From NCBI GenBank assembly GCA_019748155.1, contig JAIEPY010000021.1, positions 2,958-66,957 on the forward strand: 64,000 nt of DNA. Reading direction: 5' to 3'. This DNA is from Burkholderiales bacterium. Lineage in GTDB: Bacteria; Pseudomonadota; Gammaproteobacteria; Burkholderiales; UBA11063. Position 1 is the stretch's first letter, and each line of letters starts with the position of its first letter. This document shows, piece after piece, positions 60,950 to 64,000 of the stretch. Under the pieces are notes generated by a model that was not told the DNA's origin, did not search any database, and saw only the letters and a program-made list of their open reading frames with translations. Both the position numbers and the translations under genes were made by a program.

Positions 60950-61921
60950 ATGGAAAACAAAATTAAATTAATACCTTTAGTTCTTGTTTCGGCTGTCTTA
61001 GTCGCATGTGGTAGTGGTGGTAGTAGTGTAAATGGCAATCCTATTGATGTAGTTACACCTCCCGGTGAAATAGTTACACCTATTGATAAAGAAACCAAGA
61101 TTAAGGCTACTCCAGATTCGCCGGCAGAGATTATGCAGAGCGAAAGCTTTAACTTTAGTGTAACAAGGGATAGTGGTTCAGCTGATTCTATCGTTGTTAT
61201 GGCTAACTTTGTTAGTGGAGCATATTCTGGTGATTGGGTGATAATATCTGAACCATCACCTTGTAACTTAAGCCTTGCTGGTACAACAAGTTGTCATTTT
61301 AGTGCTTTTTCTAGTAGCCAGTTGAGATTTGATGCCAGCCTAGCCAAGGTACTCCCGCTTTCATATGCGGTGGTTAATAATAGCAGTTATGAAATTAAGG
61401 TTACTGCAAGAACAAGTAATAATGTCCAAGTGGAGTCCTCCCCGGTATTAGACTTCACTTTATATACACCAGTCACTAATCTTGGAGCTGTAGTTGACCA
61501 GCGATTTACTGTGGGAGAAGGTGTTGAGAGTGAGTGTATAACTGATAATTTAACTGGTTTAATGTGGCCTAAGAATGGGCGTTTATTTAATCCAAGGAAT
61601 TTGGATGATGCACTGTCTCTAGTGGATAATATGAATAAGATAAGCGGAGCAATTGCTTATGGGCTTTGTGGACATAAAGACTGGCATTTATCAACGGTTA
61701 ATGAATTGGCAAGTTTGTTAAATCATGGTGAAAAAGATCCAGTATCTTGGCTAAATGATCCAAAACAAGGCTTTATTAATGTGCAAGGCTCATATAAATC
61801 GTCCACTAGCTACGTGTCAAGGAGTGATTATGTGTGGTATGTTTATTTGTATAATGGTGATATAAAACCGTTCAATAAGAATAACGATCGCTCTGTTTGG
61901 CCAGTGCGTCGGATCAAGTGA
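60950..61921 (+). CDS. lipoprotein with C-terminal DUF1566 (Lcl C-terminal-type) domain
   Basis: Lipobox LVACGSGG. C-terminal CITDNLTGLMWPKNG..CGHKDWHLSTVNELASL..VWPVRR is the DUF1566 pattern. Confidence 0.8.
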   Translation: MENKIKLIPLVLVSAVLVACGSGGSSVNGNPIDVVTPPGEIVTPIDKETKIKATPDSPAEIMQSESFNFSVTRDSGSADSIVVMANFVSGAYSGDWVIISEPSPCNLSLAGTTSCHFSAFSSSQLRFDASLAKVLPLSYAVVNNSSYEIKVTARTSNNVQVESSPVLDFTLYTPVTNLGAVVDQRFTVGEGVESECITDNLTGLMWPKNGRLFNPRNLDDALSLVDNMNKISGAIAYGLCGHKDWHLSTVNELASLLNHGEKDPVSWLNDPKQGFINVQGSYKSSTSYVSRSDYVWYVYLYNGDIKPFNKNNDRSVWPVRRIK

Positions 61922-62109
61922 TTGATTCTTGGGTAATTTGATCATTTACTGGTGCGCTATACGTACCAGCGCTTGGGGTAAACAAAATGGTAAGTACGTA
62001 TTTACCGATTTATAAATAGGCATGGAATGTTAATTAACCGAACGTTATATCGGGCAATTCAAAGAATGGCTGCCCAAAAAATTATTATTTAAACAAGAAA
62101 GGACTCAAG

Positions 62110-62697
62110 ATGAGCAATATACCTAAAATTGCTTTATTAATGCTTTTGTTATCAAAATTTAGCCTAAGCTTTGCTGTGGCAAAAGACTCGCCCCCGGCAC
62201 CTATACCTGTGACGGGTGAATCCAGTGTTGTTGGCTCAACGAGTGGGGCTGCCTGGCCAGAAAAACGCTTTGTAGCAGGGCGTGGTGCCACAGAAAGTTG
62301 TATCACCGATAAACTAACTGGTTTAATGTGGTCTAAGGATGGGAATTTGTTTGGTGAGAAAAATTGGAAGGATGCATTGTCTGTAGTATCGAGTATGAAT
62401 AATGATAAAGGAGCAACTACTTATAAACTTTGTGGCTATACCGACTGGCGCTTACCAACTATAACTGAGCTAAAAAGCCTGGTGAATTATGGTAAAGAAA
62501 TTCCATCTGAATGGCTAAATGATCCAGTTCAAGGGTTTAATAAAGTACTAGCCAATAACTATTGGTCGTCTACTAGCTACGGGGCAGATTCTACTCAGGC
62601 CTGGATCGTGGGTTTCAATAATGGCATGTTGAGTATTTATGGCAAGAGTAGCAGCTACAGTCGTCCCTATGTTTGGCCAGTGCGTGGCGGCAAGTGA
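62110..62697 (+). CDS. secreted DUF1566-domain protein (short paralogue)
   Basis: Signal peptide, then CITDKLTGLMWSKDG..CGYTDWRLPTITELKSL..YWSSTSY..VWPVRGG. It is paralogous to the C-terminus of the preceding gene. Confidence 0.8.
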   Translation: MSNIPKIALLMLLLSKFSLSFAVAKDSPPAPIPVTGESSVVGSTSGAAWPEKRFVAGRGATESCITDKLTGLMWSKDGNLFGEKNWKDALSVVSSMNNDKGATTYKLCGYTDWRLPTITELKSLVNYGKEIPSEWLNDPVQGFNKVLANNYWSSTSYGADSTQAWIVGFNNGMLSIYGKSSSYSRPYVWPVRGGK

Positions 62698-62921
62698 TCG
62701 GTTCTTGGATAATTTGATTATTTATTAACTGTAGAACTAGCATATGTGGTTTATAAGTTAAGTCTAATGCTTAATTTGCTTGTGGCTAACCCGAATAAAG
62801 ACTATTATATTCGGGTTAGTTGCGGTATATACTACGAGGATATAAAGATATAGAGTTTTACCAGCTAAATAATTTAAGTGGGTATTACTCATTCGTAGGA
62901 CGCTGAACTAGCAGGGATTTT

Positions 62922-63695
62922 CTATATAATACTAATAGCTTCATCTAAAGGATAGCTGCCTTCTTTGAGCAGTGCCCGTGGAATCAATAAATCATAATCC
63001 ATCGCCAGAGCTTTCTCAATTAGTTGATCTTTAGTTTTAACCCGAAAAATAAACTTTAGGGCTTCCAGATGATCGTTGATTCGTGAGTTGGACATTTTAT
63101 AATCTAAAGTTCCCAAGATCGAGGCTATTTCTGCTGCCGAATAACGATGCAAATATAAAAAAAGAACGATATGCTGTCTCTCGGTAAGATTATATTCTAA
63201 ATGGTTATAATTTGAATCATTGTTGATGATATAGCTTGATTTTCGATTAACTTTTAGCAGCGTTTTCAAAATATTAGGCATTGCCAGAGTGCTGAAATGA
63301 GTCATAATTCCAACAAAATTATCACTAGCTGGATTTATTATTGGGCGCTTAAATACTACACAGACTTGAGGGTAATTAGCAACAGCTTGTACCAGCCTAG
63401 TACTTTTACGTGTAGATTTAATCTCTTCTTCTTGTTTAGTAAGATCTTCATATAAATTTCTCTTGTTTAGTCCAAAGCGATCAATAACCTCTTTTAAAGT
63501 CTGTCCGAGGAGATCTTCCGCTTGTTTTTCAAAGCCATAAATTTTATTAAAGAACGTGAGGTAGCTTGGCGAAGCGTACTTGTATTTGAACTCATGGTCT
63601 TTGATATGAACATTATCCCCTATATAGTCAAATACGGTTTTTGAACTAGCAACAAAATTGTAAAAAAATTCTTGATCTGATTGTATCGTACTCAT
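62922..63695 (-). CDS. LuxR/GerE-type HTH regulator with PAS-like N-terminal domain
   Basis: 257 aa. C-terminal LTERQHIVLFLYLHRYSAAEIASILG..INDHLEALKFIFRVKTKDQLIEKA fits a LuxR-type HTH with an insertion. Confidence 0.55.
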   Translation of the reverse strand: MSTIQSDQEFFYNFVASSKTVFDYIGDNVHIKDHEFKYKYASPSYLTFFNKIYGFEKQAEDLLGQTLKEVIDRFGLNKRNLYEDLTKQEEEIKSTRKSTRLVQAVANYPQVCVVFKRPIINPASDNFVGIMTHFSTLAMPNILKTLLKVNRKSSYIINNDSNYNHLEYNLTERQHIVLFLYLHRYSAAEIASILGTLDYKMSNSRINDHLEALKFIFRVKTKDQLIEKALAMDYDLLIPRALLKEGSYPLDEAISII

Positions 63696-63713
63696 ATAAA
63701 TTGCTCTCTCTAT

Positions 63714-64000
63714 CTATTTATGGTTACTGGAGCTTCCGCTCTCATTGCTAAAGCTAACTACTGCGGAAGTAGCTGGTTTTTTGGCGCTAGCAGATGCTTT
63801 ACAGGACTGTAATTGTGTTCCAACATAAGCACACTTCATGCCACTGCCATCATCGGCATTAAAAGTTATTGTTTCGATAATCTGGCTTGGCGGTGCGCTG
63901 ACATCCAGCGCATCACTATCGGCAATTCGAGAGTCAATTGCCGAGGGTGCTTCACCACTGAGGATTTCTTTGGCAAACTTAGTCCTAATATTCTGGCAGT
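63714..64000 (-). CDS. partial ORF (C-terminal 95 codons; continues beyond the window)
   Basis: Hand translation of the minus strand gives an open frame from the window edge to a TAG at 63714-63716 (..ITFNADDGSGMKCAYVGTQLQSCKASASAKKPATSAVVSFSNESGSSSNHK*). No function recognised. Confidence 0.35.
   Translation of the reverse strand, partial: CQNIRTKFAKEILSGEAPSAIDSRIADSDALDVSAPPSQIIETITFNADDGSGMKCAYVGTQLQSCKASASAKKPATSAVVSFSNESGSSSNHK

Noticed and set aside
62085-62306. 73-aa minus-strand ORF overlapping the start of the short DUF1566 gene.
   Set aside because: It overlaps a well-supported plus-strand gene with a signal peptide and conserved domain, and it has no motif of its own.

Overview
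64-kb chromosomal window from a low-GC Gram-negative bacterium. The proteins look gammaproteobacterial. The DUF1566/Lcl-type lipoproteins and PAS-like/LuxR-like regulators hint at a Legionellales-like organism, but the taxon cannot be fixed by eye. Most of the window is core genome: kbl-tdh; upp-tdk; ygfZ; oppA-oppA-oppBCDF; purB; murB; tRNA-Arg(CCU); yajQ-metNIQ-ruvA; fdx; czcD; ppa; coq7; rplKAJL-rpoBC; and an MFS-phnX-phnW phosphonate cluster. The main accessory feature is a co-directional Type I restriction-modification operon of about 13 kb (4.2-17.3 kb, minus strand). In it a half-size hsdS, hsdM, a full hsdS and hsdR are interleaved with eight tightly or translationally coupled passenger genes. 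These are a RhuM-DinD chimera, a DinD N-terminal fragment, an ORF6N protein, a 4-TM plus 301-aa pair with Kiwa-like (KwaA/KwaB) architecture, an orphan 2-TM protein, an AlbA_2/HATPase_c_4/wHTH protein and a DUF45 metallopeptidase. This is the best candidate region for an uncharacterised or poorly characterised anti-phage module. Other notable points are a roughly 100-nt palindromic repeat family at three intercistronic sites (opp, ruvA/tRNA, rpoB/rpoC), always in the same orientation relative to transcription. There is also a signal-peptide flavodoxin-RidA fusion, and a duplicated DUF1566 gene pair bracketed by two paralogous LuxR-like regulators. No rRNA, CRISPR array, integrase or transposase was seen. 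All family assignments come from motif recognition by eye and need profile searches.
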